Shown: positions 9,635 to 19,292 of the stretch, piece after piece
How positions within the stretch are numbered: position 1 is the first letter of the stretch
Layout of the letters: each line of letters starts with the position of its first letter
Assembly: GCA_050944615.1 (NCBI GenBank)
Contig: JBMNRL010000016.1
Location: 4,262-68,261, forward strand
Source: Blautia sp.
Lineage (GTDB): Bacteria > Bacillota > Clostridia > Lachnospirales > Lachnospiraceae
Length of the DNA stretch: 64,000 nt
Direction: 5' to 3'
The notes under the pieces: model-generated
Seen by the model: the letters and a program-made list of their open reading frames with translations, nothing else
Databases searched by the model: none
What the model was told of the DNA's origin: nothing
Position numbers and translations under genes: made by a program

Positions 9635-10555
9635 TCAAAACGGGGTTCCTACCATATCGTAGGGTGTTGCCTGATATACATAATAGTTCAGCCAATTGGT
9701 ATACAGATTATTGGCATGGGCCCTCCACATCAGAAGCGGTTTGTTTTCCGGATCATTCTCCCGGTAATAGTTCTTGGGAATCTCAATATCCAGCCCTTTT
9801 CCCAAGTCCCTTTTGTATTCTCCGTCCAAGGTCACCCGGTCATATTCCGGATGTCCCATGACGAAAATCTGCCGTCCTTCCTTAGCCATGGCCAAAAATA
9901 AGCCCGCCTCGTCGGATTCCGCCAGCACAGTCAGCTCCTTACATGCCCGGATATCCTCCATGGAAACCTCCGTATGACGGGAATGAGGTGCTAAGAATAC
10001 GTCGTCAAATCCTCTCACCAGCGGAATTTTCCGGTTCATCACCCGGTGCCAAAACAGACCGAACATTTTCTGATCCAACTGTCTCTTCTTCAGCCCGTAA
10101 TGGTAATACAGGCCGGCCTGGGCACCCCAGCACAGGTAAATGGTGGAGGTCACATTGGTCTTGGTCCATTCCATGATCTTAGTCAGCTCTTCCCAATAAT
10201 CCACCTCTTCAAATTCCATCTGCTCCACCGGCGCACCGGTGATGATCATACCATCAAATTTGTTATTTTTCAGATCATCAAACCCCAGATAAAACTTGTT
10301 CAGGTGGCTCATGGAGGTGTTTTTGGACTCATGGCTTTGTACGGCCATGAAAGTCACATCCACCTGCAGAGGTGTATTGGAAAGAGAACGCAGAAGCTGA
10401 AGCTCCGTCTCCTCTTTCAACGGCATCAGATTCAGGATCAGAATCTGGATGGGACGGATATCCTGATGCATCGCCCGATGCTCATCCATCACAAAAATAT
10501 TTTCCTTTTCCAAAATTCCTTTTACCGGTAAATCCCCTTGTATCTTAATCGGCAT
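9635..10555 (-). CDS. metA: Homoserine O-acyltransferase (MetA family, probably acetyl-specific)
   Basis: [24 protein letters not shown] and GHPEYD motifs. Confidence 0.95.
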   Translation of the reverse strand: MPIKIQGDLPVKGILEKENIFVMDEHRAMHQDIRPIQILILNLMPLKEETELQLLRSLSNTPLQVDVTFMAVQSHESKNTSMSHLNKFYLGFDDLKNNKFDGMIITGAPVEQMEFEEVDYWEELTKIMEWTKTNVTSTIYLCWGAQAGLYYHYGLKKRQLDQKMFGLFWHRVMNRKIPLVRGFDDVFLAPHSRHTEVSMEDIRACKELTVLAESDEAGLFLAMAKEGRQIFVMGHPEYDRVTLDGEYKRDLGKGLDIEIPKNYYRENDPENKPLLMWRAHANNLYTNWLNYYVYQATPYDMVGTPF

Positions 10556-10601
10556 AGCAATACTCCTTCCTTATCCCTAACATGCACTTCTGTCCTTTGG
10601 G

Positions 10602-12554
10602 CTATTTCAGCATCTCCAAGAAATCCTCCTCAGAGATCACCGGAATTCCCAGCTCTTTTGCCTTTTTATTTTTTGAGGAAGCAGATGCGGTATCATTGTT
10701 GATGAGATATGCCGTCTTGGAGGTGACACTTCCTGTCACCTTACCCCCTTTGGCCTCAATGACTGCCTTTACCTCATCCCGGTTGGCAAAATGGTGCACA
10801 CTTCCCGTCACTACGAAATTCATGCCGGCAAACCGCTTATCTTCTCCTTGGGACCGCTTTTCCAAATCTATATGGGAAAGCAGATGCTCCAAACGCTTCC
10901 TATTCTCTTCCTTCGCAAAATATCCCGCAATATTTCCGGCGATCACCGGCCCCACTCCGTCGATCTGACTGATCTCCTCTGCCGAAGCGCGACAAATCCG
11001 ATCCATGTTGTCTTCAAAATGGCTGCAGATCAATTTGGCATTGGCAGTTCCCACACCCGGAATGCCCAGACCATACAACAACCGCGGCAGGGTTGTCTTC
11101 TTCGCTTTTTCCAGACTGTCGACCAGGTTTTCATAAGATTTCTGACCGAAGCCTTCCATTTCTACGATTTCGTCTTTATGTTTGTAGATCTCAAAAATAT
11201 CCCCGAAATCGTGAATATACCCCCTGGCAATAAATTTTTCCAAGGTGGCCTCTGACAAACCGTCGATATTCATGGCATTGCGGCTCACAAACAGGGTAAA
11301 TGCCTTGATGCGCTTAGCCGGACATTCTTCGTTGGGACAATAAAGCGTCTCCACATCCTTGTCCTTTTGGATTTTCGTATGTCCTCCGCAGGCGGGACAG
11401 GCCTCTGGCACCGCAAGGTTTCCACTCCTTGTGAGGTTTTCCGCGATCTGCGGGATGATCATATTCGCCTTATAGACCTTAATATGATCTCCCAACCCCA
11501 ATTCCAATTCCCTGACAATACTCAGGTTGTGAACGCTGGCACGGCTGACGGTGGTTCCTTCCAGCTCCACCGGTTCAAAAACAGCAATCGGATTGATAAG
11601 TCCCGTCCTGGACGGCGACCATTCCACCTCTAAAAGCTGTGTCTCTTTCACTTCGTCCGCCCATTTAAAAGCGAACGAATTTCGGGGAAACTTGGCTGTG
11701 TTTCCCAAGGACTCCCCGTAAGCGATGTCATCATACAGAGCCACCAGGCCATCAGAAGGGAAATCATTTGTTTCCACAGCCTGGGAAAAGTAATCCATGG
11801 CCTCATCCAGGGTTTCCCCCGTCACCATCCGATATTCCACCACTTCAAAGCCCTGTTCCCTCAGCCATTCCATCTGTACCCGGCGGGAATTACCAAAATC
11901 CACGCCCGGCGCACTCACCAGTGCAAAGGCATAAAAACGGACATTCCTCTTGGCAGTGATCTCGTTGTTTAACTGGCGCACTGAACCGCTGCACAAATTT
12001 CTTGGGTTTTTATACCGGCCCTCGGCATCGGTAATCTGTTCATTAATACGCATAAAGTCTGAATAGGTAATAATGGCCTCTCCGCGAAGCACCAAACGGC
12101 CCTGGTAAGGGATCTCCAAAGGAATATTTTGAAATACCCGGGCATTGTTGGTGATGACCTCGCCCACCAATCCATTTCCTCTGGTCACCGCTTTCGCCAA
12201 AGCGCCTTCCTCATAGGTAAGGACGATGGTCAGCCCGTCTAACTTCCAGGACAAAAGCGTAGGCTGGCTGCCGATAAACTCCCGCAATGCCTCCCTATCC
12301 TTCGTCTTGTCCAGCGACAGCATCGGGCTTTCATGGGCTTCCTTGGGCAGTTCATCCATGGCTTCATAGCCCACATAATGGGTAGGGCTGCCAGACAGGA
12401 CCGTTCCTGTCTGACGCTCCAGCTCCAAAAGTTCATCATAGAGCCTGTCGTATTCCAGATTGCTCATGATCTCCCTGTCTTCCTGATAGTATGCTTTACC
12501 TGCCTCGTTTAGCTTTTGTACCAGCTCTTTCATTCTGTCCAACACCGCGGCCAT
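10602..12554 (-). CDS. ligA: NAD-dependent DNA ligase
   Basis: KLDG adenylation motif, AFKW, Zn finger CPACG...CPN..C, HhH repeats, BRCT domain. Confidence 0.97.
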   Translation of the reverse strand: MAAVLDRMKELVQKLNEAGKAYYQEDREIMSNLEYDRLYDELLELERQTGTVLSGSPTHYVGYEAMDELPKEAHESPMLSLDKTKDREALREFIGSQPTLLSWKLDGLTIVLTYEEGALAKAVTRGNGLVGEVITNNARVFQNIPLEIPYQGRLVLRGEAIITYSDFMRINEQITDAEGRYKNPRNLCSGSVRQLNNEITAKRNVRFYAFALVSAPGVDFGNSRRVQMEWLREQGFEVVEYRMVTGETLDEAMDYFSQAVETNDFPSDGLVALYDDIAYGESLGNTAKFPRNSFAFKWADEVKETQLLEVEWSPSRTGLINPIAVFEPVELEGTTVSRASVHNLSIVRELELGLGDHIKVYKANMIIPQIAENLTRSGNLAVPEACPACGGHTKIQKDKDVETLYCPNEECPAKRIKAFTLFVSRNAMNIDGLSEATLEKFIARGYIHDFGDIFEIYKHKDEIVEMEGFGQKSYENLVDSLEKAKKTTLPRLLYGLGIPGVGTANAKLICSHFEDNMDRICRASAEEISQIDGVGPVIAGNIAGYFAKEENRKRLEHLLSHIDLEKRSQGEDKRFAGMNFVVTGSVHHFANRDEVKAVIEAKGGKVTGSVTSKTAYLINNDTASASSKNKKAKELGIPVISEEDFLEMLK

Positions 12555-13302
12555 AATTTCCTCCTGCTTTTCCTTCTTTTTTCGTGGGCTCTTTCTCCAT
12601 CTGCTTCATCAGATAGTTCCACTCTTTTTTCGTGGCTTCCCGGTATTTTCCCACGGGCAGACCATCCAAATGGATATCCATGATCCGGATACGCCTAAGG
12701 CGTACCACCCGGCAGCCCAGGTATTCAAACATCCGCCGAATCTGGCGGTTCATGCCCTGGGTGAGTACGATGGAAAACTCCTTATCGCCCATTTTCTTCA
12801 CCTTACAAGGATTTGTCATCTTCCCAAGAACCGGAACTCCGCTGCCCATTCGCTTGAGAAAATCCGCTGTCACATCCTTATCAATCCGCACCAAATATTC
12901 CTTCTCATGACAAAAAGAAGGATGTGTCAGCCAATTGGCCAGCGGCCCGTAATTGGTGAGCAGGATCAGCCCCTCCGAATCCTGGTCCAGACGGCCGATG
13001 GGATATACCCGCACCGGATATCCAATATAATCTACAATATTATTCTTGTCCCGTTTTTGGGAAGTGCATACCACACCCCGGGGTTTGTGGAAAACCAGCA
13101 GTACATTTTTATCCTTTTTCCCCACAAGGCGCCCCTCCACGAACACCTGCTGTCCCGGCATCACACGGTCTCCCATCCGTGCCCTTCTGCCGTCGATGCT
13201 CACTTTCCCGGATTCGATCATCCGGTCTGCCTCTCTGCGGGAACAAATTCCATATTCACTTAAATATTTATTTATGCGGATTCCGCTCATTTCGATACTC
13301 AT
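12496..13302 (-). CDS. RNA pseudouridine synthase (RsuA/RluF family) with S4 domain
   Basis: RINKYLSEYGICSRREAD S4 domain; GRLDQDSEGL catalytic motif. Confidence 0.92.
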   Translation of the reverse strand: MSIEMSGIRINKYLSEYGICSRREADRMIESGKVSIDGRRARMGDRVMPGQQVFVEGRLVGKKDKNVLLVFHKPRGVVCTSQKRDKNNIVDYIGYPVRVYPIGRLDQDSEGLILLTNYGPLANWLTHPSFCHEKEYLVRIDKDVTADFLKRMGSGVPVLGKMTNPCKVKKMGDKEFSIVLTQGMNRQIRRMFEYLGCRVVRLRRIRIMDIHLDGLPVGKYREATKKEWNYLMKQMEKEPTKKEGKAGGNYGRGVGQNERAGTKAKRGR

Positions 13303-13308
13303 TTTCCT

Positions 13309-13337
13309 ATTATATAATCTTTTTTCTCCCTGTGCAA
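13309..13337 (-). promoter_or_regulatory. SigmaA promoter, possibly giving a leaderless mRNA
   Basis: TTGCAC-N17-TATAAT ending 6 nt before ATG 13302. Confidence 0.55.
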
Positions 13338-13392
13338 GGAGTGCTTTTTACGGTTTTCGTACAACAATTCCGCAAAAGTCCCCAGTTTTCTA

Positions 13393-13421
13393 TTGAATTT
13401 CCCATAAAATCCATGTATGAT
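13393..13421 (+). promoter_or_regulatory. SigmaA promoter of the deacetylase gene
   Basis: TTGAAT-N17-TATGAT with extended TG. Confidence 0.55.
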
Positions 13422-13485
13422 ATTGGTGTTAACATAAGTAGTGTTTCATTCAGGGGAGAATGAAATAAAAAAAGGGGGAAAGTAA

Positions 13486-14883
13486 GTGCCTGGTCGGAAG
13501 AAACGAACCAGTCGGGTGCTAATCCTTCTCACGGTGTTATTATCGCTGTTTTTTTCAGCGACTTTGACACAATCTTCTGCCAATCCTACGGCAGTATCCA
13601 GTGAGAAACAAATGCCCGACATCATAGTGGCCGAAAATACCCAGGAAAAAAGCCAGACTGCAGAGCTTACCGACAGCGGACTCACAGACGGCGATTTCCA
13701 AGGAGAGGCCAATACAGACGACCCAGCAAAAAAAGACGAGGAAACCTTTCAAAATTCCCAAAACACCGCCAAGGATGCGGATGAATCCTCTGCAGAGGAA
13801 CCAGAGGAGGAACCCATCGGCGACTGGATCTTGGATAATGGCAGCTGGTATTACCAAATCCACGATTATTACAAGACCGGATGGCTGTATGAAGACGACA
13901 AATGGTATTATTTCGATAAAACAGGCGTCATGCAGACCGGATGGGTAGAATCCCAGAAACGTTGGTTCTTCATGGATGAAGATGGTATCATGCAGACTGG
14001 ATGGGTACAGACGGGCGGCAAATGGTATCACATGGATGAGGAAGGCATCATGCAGACCGGATGGCTGGAGGTAGACGGACAATGGTACTACCTCAGCGAC
14101 AAAGGCGATATGCGGACCGGATGGATACAAATCGGTGACAAATGGTATTACTTTAATTCCAACGGCACCATGGCCACCGGGTGGATCGTAGCCAACGGCA
14201 AACGTTATTTCCTGCAGGATAATGGCGTATGGGATCCCGCCGCGGTTCCGGATGCCGCTTCTATTCCAGAAGCGCCCGAGGGCGCAATGGTAGCGCTTAC
14301 CTATGACGACGGGCCGGGACTGTACACAGACCGCCTGCTGGATACTTTAGAAGCCAACAATGCCAAAGCCACTTTCTTCATGCTGGGGGAAAATATACCA
14401 AATTACCCTTCCACGATTCAGCGTATGGAGGCGTTAGGCTGTGAACTCGGCAACCATACTGCGAACCATAAGGATCTGGCTGCCTTGACGCAGGAAGAAA
14501 TCACTGCCCAGGTAGGGCAGGTGGATCAGGCGCTCACCGATATCGTCGGACATGGCTCCACATTGGTGCGGCCGCCTTATGGATCCGCCAATGATCTGGT
14601 GAAGAGCACCGTGCAGGTGCCGCTCATTCTCTGGTCCATGGATACCCTGGACTGGAAGACCTTGGACATTCCTTCCACTGTGGATACAGTGTTTACCAAC
14701 ATCAAGGACGGCGATATCATACTGATGCATGACATTCACGAGACATCCGTGGCCGCATCTGAGATCATCATTCCTGCATTGGTGGAAAAAGGATATCAAT
14801 TGGTCACTGTCAGCGAGTTGGCAGCGGCAAAGGGAATTGAAATGCACACAGGAATCCTTTACGGAAATATGGGTCAGAATTAA
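13486..14883 (+). CDS. CE4 polysaccharide/peptidoglycan deacetylase with cell-wall-binding repeats
   Basis: About 7 x 20-aa GWxxxxxxWY(Y/F)...G.M repeats; TYDDGP, HTANH, RPPYG, DTLDW and LMHD motifs; N-terminal hydrophobic segment. Confidence 0.92.
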   Translation: MPGRKKRTSRVLILLTVLLSLFFSATLTQSSANPTAVSSEKQMPDIIVAENTQEKSQTAELTDSGLTDGDFQGEANTDDPAKKDEETFQNSQNTAKDADESSAEEPEEEPIGDWILDNGSWYYQIHDYYKTGWLYEDDKWYYFDKTGVMQTGWVESQKRWFFMDEDGIMQTGWVQTGGKWYHMDEEGIMQTGWLEVDGQWYYLSDKGDMRTGWIQIGDKWYYFNSNGTMATGWIVANGKRYFLQDNGVWDPAAVPDAASIPEAPEGAMVALTYDDGPGLYTDRLLDTLEANNAKATFFMLGENIPNYPSTIQRMEALGCELGNHTANHKDLAALTQEEITAQVGQVDQALTDIVGHGSTLVRPPYGSANDLVKSTVQVPLILWSMDTLDWKTLDIPSTVDTVFTNIKDGDIILMHDIHETSVAASEIIIPALVEKGYQLVTVSELAAAKGIEMHTGILYGNMGQN

Positions 14884-14901
14884 ATTTCAGACAAATGTCA
14901 T

Positions 14902-14939
14902 AAGGAGTGCCGGGCGATACTGCCTGGACACTCCTTTTT
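14902..14939 (+). terminator. Intrinsic terminator
   Basis: AAGGAGTG.C.GGC/GCCTGG.CACTCCTT stem plus T tract. Confidence 0.7.
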
Positions 14940-14941
14940 CA

Positions 14942-14974
14942 TTTCATAGGATGTGAAATAACCTTCCTATGAAA
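14942..14974. repeat. Isolated hairpin module related to the repeat family
   Basis: TTTCATAGGA-N13-TCCTATGAAA; arms match the 39615-39641 hairpin; sits between two terminators. Confidence 0.5.
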
Positions 14975-14976
14975 TA

Positions 14977-15022
14977 AAAAGAGCCATTACAAAAGTATTT
15001 TCACTCTTGTAATAGCTCTTTT
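14977..15022 (-). terminator. Intrinsic terminator
   Basis: AAAAGAGCCATTACAA/TTGTAATAGCTCTTTT inverted repeat. Confidence 0.7.
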
Positions 15023-15024
15023 GG

Positions 15025-15942
15025 TTATCTCAACAATTCAGAAAAGATATAACCGGTCTCGCCTTCGTATTCTACCTGGACCCAATCACCTTCCATACCT
15101 GTTTTGGTGATGGTATCCCCGGCACTCAACGAACCGATGACCTCCGCATCGCTGCTGGCTGCTTCCCGGATATTGCACGCCTCCTTGGCAGTAAGCTGTG
15201 CGCCTTCACCGGCAGACGCTGCCGTGCTGGACTCCGTTCCGAGATTATTCAGAAACTGTGCCAATGCCGGATCGCTTTCCTTCGCTTTATTATATTTGTC
15301 GTCTACCTGATTCCACAAAGCTTTCACATCCTGCGTCTGTAAATCCTCGTCCAGGAGTGCAGAAAGTTTGGAATCGCTGGTGGTATCTCCCACTATGTAT
15401 AGCTTGCCGTCCGCATCTGTCTTCACATACAGCTGGCTCATTGCCGGTACCGGAGTGGCTATCCCCGTACAGACATAATTGTAACAAGCATATACGATAT
15501 AACTATTTTCATCCAGGCCCTGTTTGGTGTGGACCTCCAAGTCCTGATAGCCGTCGATATACTTCGCATTTTGAATCTTTGTCTCCTCTGCGGGATCCAA
15601 AGCATCCACCACTGTCTTCAATGTAGCAACATCCTTACTGCCCAATGCATTATAATATGTTGTAATCAATGCATTCACTTCCGGATATTTATCTTGCTCC
15701 AATGGATTATCGCTTACGTCGTCATTCTTCTCGCTCGGCTCCCCATCTGTCGGAGAAGAAGGATCATTTCCCTTGTTATTCCTGTCCTCCTGCTGCGTCT
15801 GTGCTGTAGAATCACCCTTCATAATTCCACTGACCGCTCGGATTCCAAAGAATAATCCAGTTAGAATTACCAGAATGCCCGCGCCTAAAATAATATAGCG
15901 GAGGTTATCTGATAACCACTCTCTAAAATTATCCAAGTTCAT
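15025..15942 (-). CDS. Membrane-anchored SH3b domain protein
   Basis: Start reassigned to ATG 15942 (MNLDNF, RBS AGGAGG) because the longer ORF runs through the tRNA. One TM segment; C-terminal CNIREAASSDAEVIG...WVQVEYEGETGYI. Confidence 0.85.
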   Translation of the reverse strand: MNLDNFREWLSDNLRYIILGAGILVILTGLFFGIRAVSGIMKGDSTAQTQQEDRNNKGNDPSSPTDGEPSEKNDDVSDNPLEQDKYPEVNALITTYYNALGSKDVATLKTVVDALDPAEETKIQNAKYIDGYQDLEVHTKQGLDENSYIVYACYNYVCTGIATPVPAMSQLYVKTDADGKLYIVGDTTSDSKLSALLDEDLQTQDVKALWNQVDDKYNKAKESDPALAQFLNNLGTESSTAASAGEGAQLTAKEACNIREAASSDAEVIGSLSAGDTITKTGMEGDWVQVEYEGETGYIFSELLR

Positions 15943-15990
15943 AGTCCTCCTTTTTATCGCACAGGCGGAAAGCAGATTACCTGTGCCAAA

Positions 15991-16062
15991 CACACCTGAA
16001 GGGAATCGAACCCCCGCACATGGTACCGGAAACCACTGCTCTATCCACTGAGCTACAGGTGC
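15991..16062 (-). tRNA. tRNA-Arg(CCG)
   Basis: GCACCTGTAGCTCAGTGGATAGAGCAGTGGTTTCCGGTACCATGTGCGGGGGTTCGATTCCCTTCAGGTGTG: cloverleaf, anticodon CCG, TTCGA T-loop, CCA not encoded. Confidence 0.95.
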
Positions 16063-16199
16063 ATACGAATTACATTCGCAAGGGTTATAATACCATAATT
16101 TTGAGAATTTGTAAAGCTTTTGGATATTTTCAATCAAAAACCCTGCAAAAAACATGGAAAAAGCCCCACTTACACCGTATTTTTGCCCTGTTCCCGGCC

Positions 16200-16877
16200 T
16201 CAGAAGATAATCGCATCTCCCTCCTGGCGGTAAATATAAACATGATCTGAGAGAATTTCATCCTCCGGCACCTGAGTCCCGTTAATTTCTTGGACAATCT
16301 TCTGGAGCTGTTCCTGGGAGGCCCCTTTTCCCACCGGAATCAGGATGCACTCATGTATACTGCTGGGCAGAATATATAAATCAGAAGAAAATTTCCGGCT
16401 GATCCATTCTAAAAGGCCGGGATATAAAATACAAGCCGCTCCGAACAGTCTGCGCTCATTAGTGAGCACATACATAGGAAGCCTGCCACCCTTCTGCTCC
16501 CCATATTGGTCTCCCAAAAGCTTCTTCACCAACGTTTCCAGCTTCTCCAGTTGAAATGGCATCTCCCGAGGGGTATTCGCTGCGGCCAAATCTTCCAGCT
16601 CTTCCATACTCATGTCCAAAGATTCCAGCCCCCGCCAGGTAAGCAGCCCATACGGCAGGCCGTCCTCTTCTTCTATTTCGCTGTAAAAAACAATGGCCAA
16701 ATCCAGATAGCGGATATGCGGCAGTGTCTGAAGCATACTTTCATTCTTTTCGTAATTGATAAGCTGATATTTAATTTTTTCTTTCATCATAGGGGAATTC
16801 CTTTCTTTATCTATATTTTTGCATACAGCATAAGACCCGCGCTCCATACGCGGATAAACGTTCCCCTCATATTCCAT
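16200..16877 (-). CDS. DUF5688-like protein
   Basis: LINYEKN..L...PH..YLDLAIVF, MYVLTN...FGAA.ILYP and DLYILPSSIHE motifs recognised from this family. Confidence 0.75.
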   Translation of the reverse strand: MEYEGNVYPRMERGSYAVCKNIDKERNSPMMKEKIKYQLINYEKNESMLQTLPHIRYLDLAIVFYSEIEEEDGLPYGLLTWRGLESLDMSMEELEDLAAANTPREMPFQLEKLETLVKKLLGDQYGEQKGGRLPMYVLTNERRLFGAACILYPGLLEWISRKFSSDLYILPSSIHECILIPVGKGASQEQLQKIVQEINGTQVPEDEILSDHVYIYRQEGDAIIF

Positions 16878-17116
16878 TCTGTCTTTGGAAACCCTGCAAG
16901 AACATGCAGTTTTAAGAATTTAGCCTATTATAACTGACAAAGCCCCATTCGTCAATACCTTCCGCTGCCATTTTAGACAGCAGGCTTTCGGAAAACCCCC
17001 ATACAAAAAAATACATAATATGAAAAAAATATCTTAGAATTTTGAAAAATTGTCATCCGCTGGTGCTGCTCATACTTTCGTTCTGGTTATCTCCATCCGC
17101 CTTAGCAGGTGCAAAA

Positions 17117-17150
17117 AGACCGGAGAAAAAGCAACTGCTCTCTCCGGTCT
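17117..17150 (-). terminator. efp terminator
   Basis: AGACCGGAGA/TCTCCGGTCT stem followed by TTTT on the minus strand. Confidence 0.65.
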
Positions 17151-17196
17151 GACTTGTCCATTATGGTCGAATGTTCTATCTGCTTCTAGATCAGCT

Positions 17197-17757
17197 TTAG
17201 TTTGCGCGGGAAAGGTACTCTCCTGTTCTGGTATCGATCTTAATCTTCTCACCCTGATCGATGAACAGCGGCACATATACTGTAGCTCCGGTCTCAACCG
17301 TAGCCGGTTTGGTAGCGCCCTGTGCGGTATCTCCCTTGAAGCCTGGTTCTGTCTCGGTCACTTCCAGCTCTACGAACAGTGGAGCCTCGATGGCATATAC
17401 GTTGCCGTTATAAGAGCATACCTTTACCATCTCGTTCTCTTTGACAAATTTCAAGGAATCTCCCACCAGTTCTGCCTGCAGACCTACCTGGTCAAAGGTC
17501 TCATTATTCATGAAATAATACAGTTCGCCGTCATTATATAAATACTGCATATCCACACGGTCGATACGTGCCTGCGGGAATTTCTCCGTCGGACGGAAAG
17601 ATTTCTCCAGAACGGCTCCTGTGATGATATTTTTATATTTGGTTCTAACGAAAGCAGCGCCCTTTCCTGGCTTAACGTGCTGGAATTCTACGATCTGCAC
17701 GATATTCCCGTCGATCTCCAATGTGATGCCGTTTTTGAAATCTCCTGCTGATATCAT
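17197..17757 (-). CDS. efp: Translation elongation factor P
   Basis: [27 protein letters not shown] and [11 protein letters not shown] motifs. Confidence 0.98.
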   Translation of the reverse strand: MISAGDFKNGITLEIDGNIVQIVEFQHVKPGKGAAFVRTKYKNIITGAVLEKSFRPTEKFPQARIDRVDMQYLYNDGELYYFMNNETFDQVGLQAELVGDSLKFVKENEMVKVCSYNGNVYAIEAPLFVELEVTETEPGFKGDTAQGATKPATVETGATVYVPLFIDQGEKIKIDTRTGEYLSRAN

Positions 17758-17806
17758 AATATTTCCTCCTTAATTGTACAATTGACTATTTTCAATTCTA
17801 TAATAC

Positions 17807-18322
17807 CTAACGATTTTTTTCAACTCTTTTTTCCTGCTTTTGATAAAAATACAGCACGATCCGCTCCAGATAACGTTTAAAAACGATCTGAATCTCCTCC
17901 TTGGGATGAATCGGTTTCACCAAAATATTGCGTATCCCAGTCCGTTTTGCCCCATAGACATCTGTAAATAGCTGGTCACCGACAAAAATCGTATTGGTCC
18001 GGTCTGTGCCCAAAAGCTCCATCGCCTTGATATAATTTTTCCTGGAAGGCTTATGCGCATCTTCGATATAAATCTCTCCAATCTCCCGGTTAAAGGAATC
18101 CACCCTCTCCTTTTGGTTATTGGAGAGAAAACAGCTCTTAAAACCGATGGCCCGCAGTCTTTCGAACAGTTGCTTCGCCCGTACATCCGCCGGAGCCCCA
18201 TGGGGAACCAGCGTGTTATCGATGTCAAAGATCAGTCCCCGATATCCCTGCGCGTACAAACCCTCAAAATCGATCTCATAGGTGGACTCCATCCAAGCAT
18301 CAGGAAAAAAACGGTCAAACAT
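17807..18322 (-). CDS. yqeG: YqeG-family HAD IIIA phosphatase
   Basis: FDIDNTLV, LSNN, KP and GDQLFTD motifs. Confidence 0.9.
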   Translation of the reverse strand: MFDRFFPDAWMESTYEIDFEGLYAQGYRGLIFDIDNTLVPHGAPADVRAKQLFERLRAIGFKSCFLSNNQKERVDSFNREIGEIYIEDAHKPSRKNYIKAMELLGTDRTNTIFVGDQLFTDVYGAKRTGIRNILVKPIHPKEEIQIVFKRYLERIVLYFYQKQEKRVEKNR

Positions 18323-19238
18323 TTTCAGCCACCCTGCCCTTTCTCTTTTTCACAGGTAAAAAAGAAAATTTTGTTTCTGCCAGAATGATGGCCAAGAAGA
18401 TCAATACACAGCCGGCCACCATACGCTTACTTAAATATTCACCCAAAAAGATCACAGAAAACAGTGCGCCGAACACAGATTCCATGGACAGAAGCAGAGA
18501 CGCCACATTAGGTGTGGTATATTTCTGGCATACATTTTGTAAAAAGAAGCCAACCATAGTGCTTAGGATACCCAGATATAACATTCCTACCACGATCTCC
18601 TGCTGAAACGCCCCGGCTGGAAACCCGCCGTCCATCACAGGGGCCAGCACCCATCCCAATACCGCTGATGTGGCCAGCTGAAGCACCGTGAGCACGATGG
18701 GATCATGGCGTTTGGCGTAACGGTCAATATAGATCATATGCAGGGCAAAGCCAAAGCCGCAGATGAGGGTGAGTACATCGCCGATCTGAATGCTCAGATC
18801 TCCCTGTAAAGAAAGCAGCCCAATTCCTAAAATCGCCAGAAATGCCGCCGCCACACAGTACACATCCGGCCGTTTCTTATTCAGCAGCCAATGGAGAAAA
18901 GGAACAATCACCACATAGATCGTCGTCAAAAATGCATTTTTTCCTGCCGTAGTATATTGACAGCCAATGGTCTGGAAAAGATAGCTCACAAACAGGAATA
19001 CTCCTAATATCACTCCCTCGGCCAATATCTCCTTAGTCAGTCTCTTCAGCCGTCTCCAAAAGACCAATGCCAAAACCCCTGCCGCGATCGTAAAACGAAA
19101 CGCCAGCATATACGTAGGGGGAATCAGATCCAGAGAATTTTTCACCACCACAAATGCAAACCCCCAGATCACCGCCGTCAGCAGCATCCCCAGGCTTGCC
19201 AATACCTGAATTTTTGTATCCTTTGTAACCACTTGCAT
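18315..19238 (-). CDS. DMT/EamA family transporter
   Basis: IWGFAF start, two EamA repeats, about 10 TM segments. Confidence 0.9.
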   Translation of the reverse strand: MQVVTKDTKIQVLASLGMLLTAVIWGFAFVVVKNSLDLIPPTYMLAFRFTIAAGVLALVFWRRLKRLTKEILAEGVILGVFLFVSYLFQTIGCQYTTAGKNAFLTTIYVVIVPFLHWLLNKKRPDVYCVAAAFLAILGIGLLSLQGDLSIQIGDVLTLICGFGFALHMIYIDRYAKRHDPIVLTVLQLATSAVLGWVLAPVMDGGFPAGAFQQEIVVGMLYLGILSTMVGFFLQNVCQKYTTPNVASLLLSMESVFGALFSVIFLGEYLSKRMVAGCVLIFLAIILAETKFSFLPVKKRKGRVAENV

Positions 19239-19292
19239 GCTCCTTCAATTCTTATTATTTAATGACTGGGCCAACTTAAAGCCGCCCTTTAT

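Noticed and set aside
12496-12554. 59-nt overlap of the pseudouridine synthase 3' end with the ligA start
   Set aside because: Low-complexity tail overlap of a common kind; no slippery site or evidence of recoding
15943-16155. N-terminal extension of the SH3 ORF
   Set aside because: Runs through tRNA-Arg; a strong RBS supports ATG 15942
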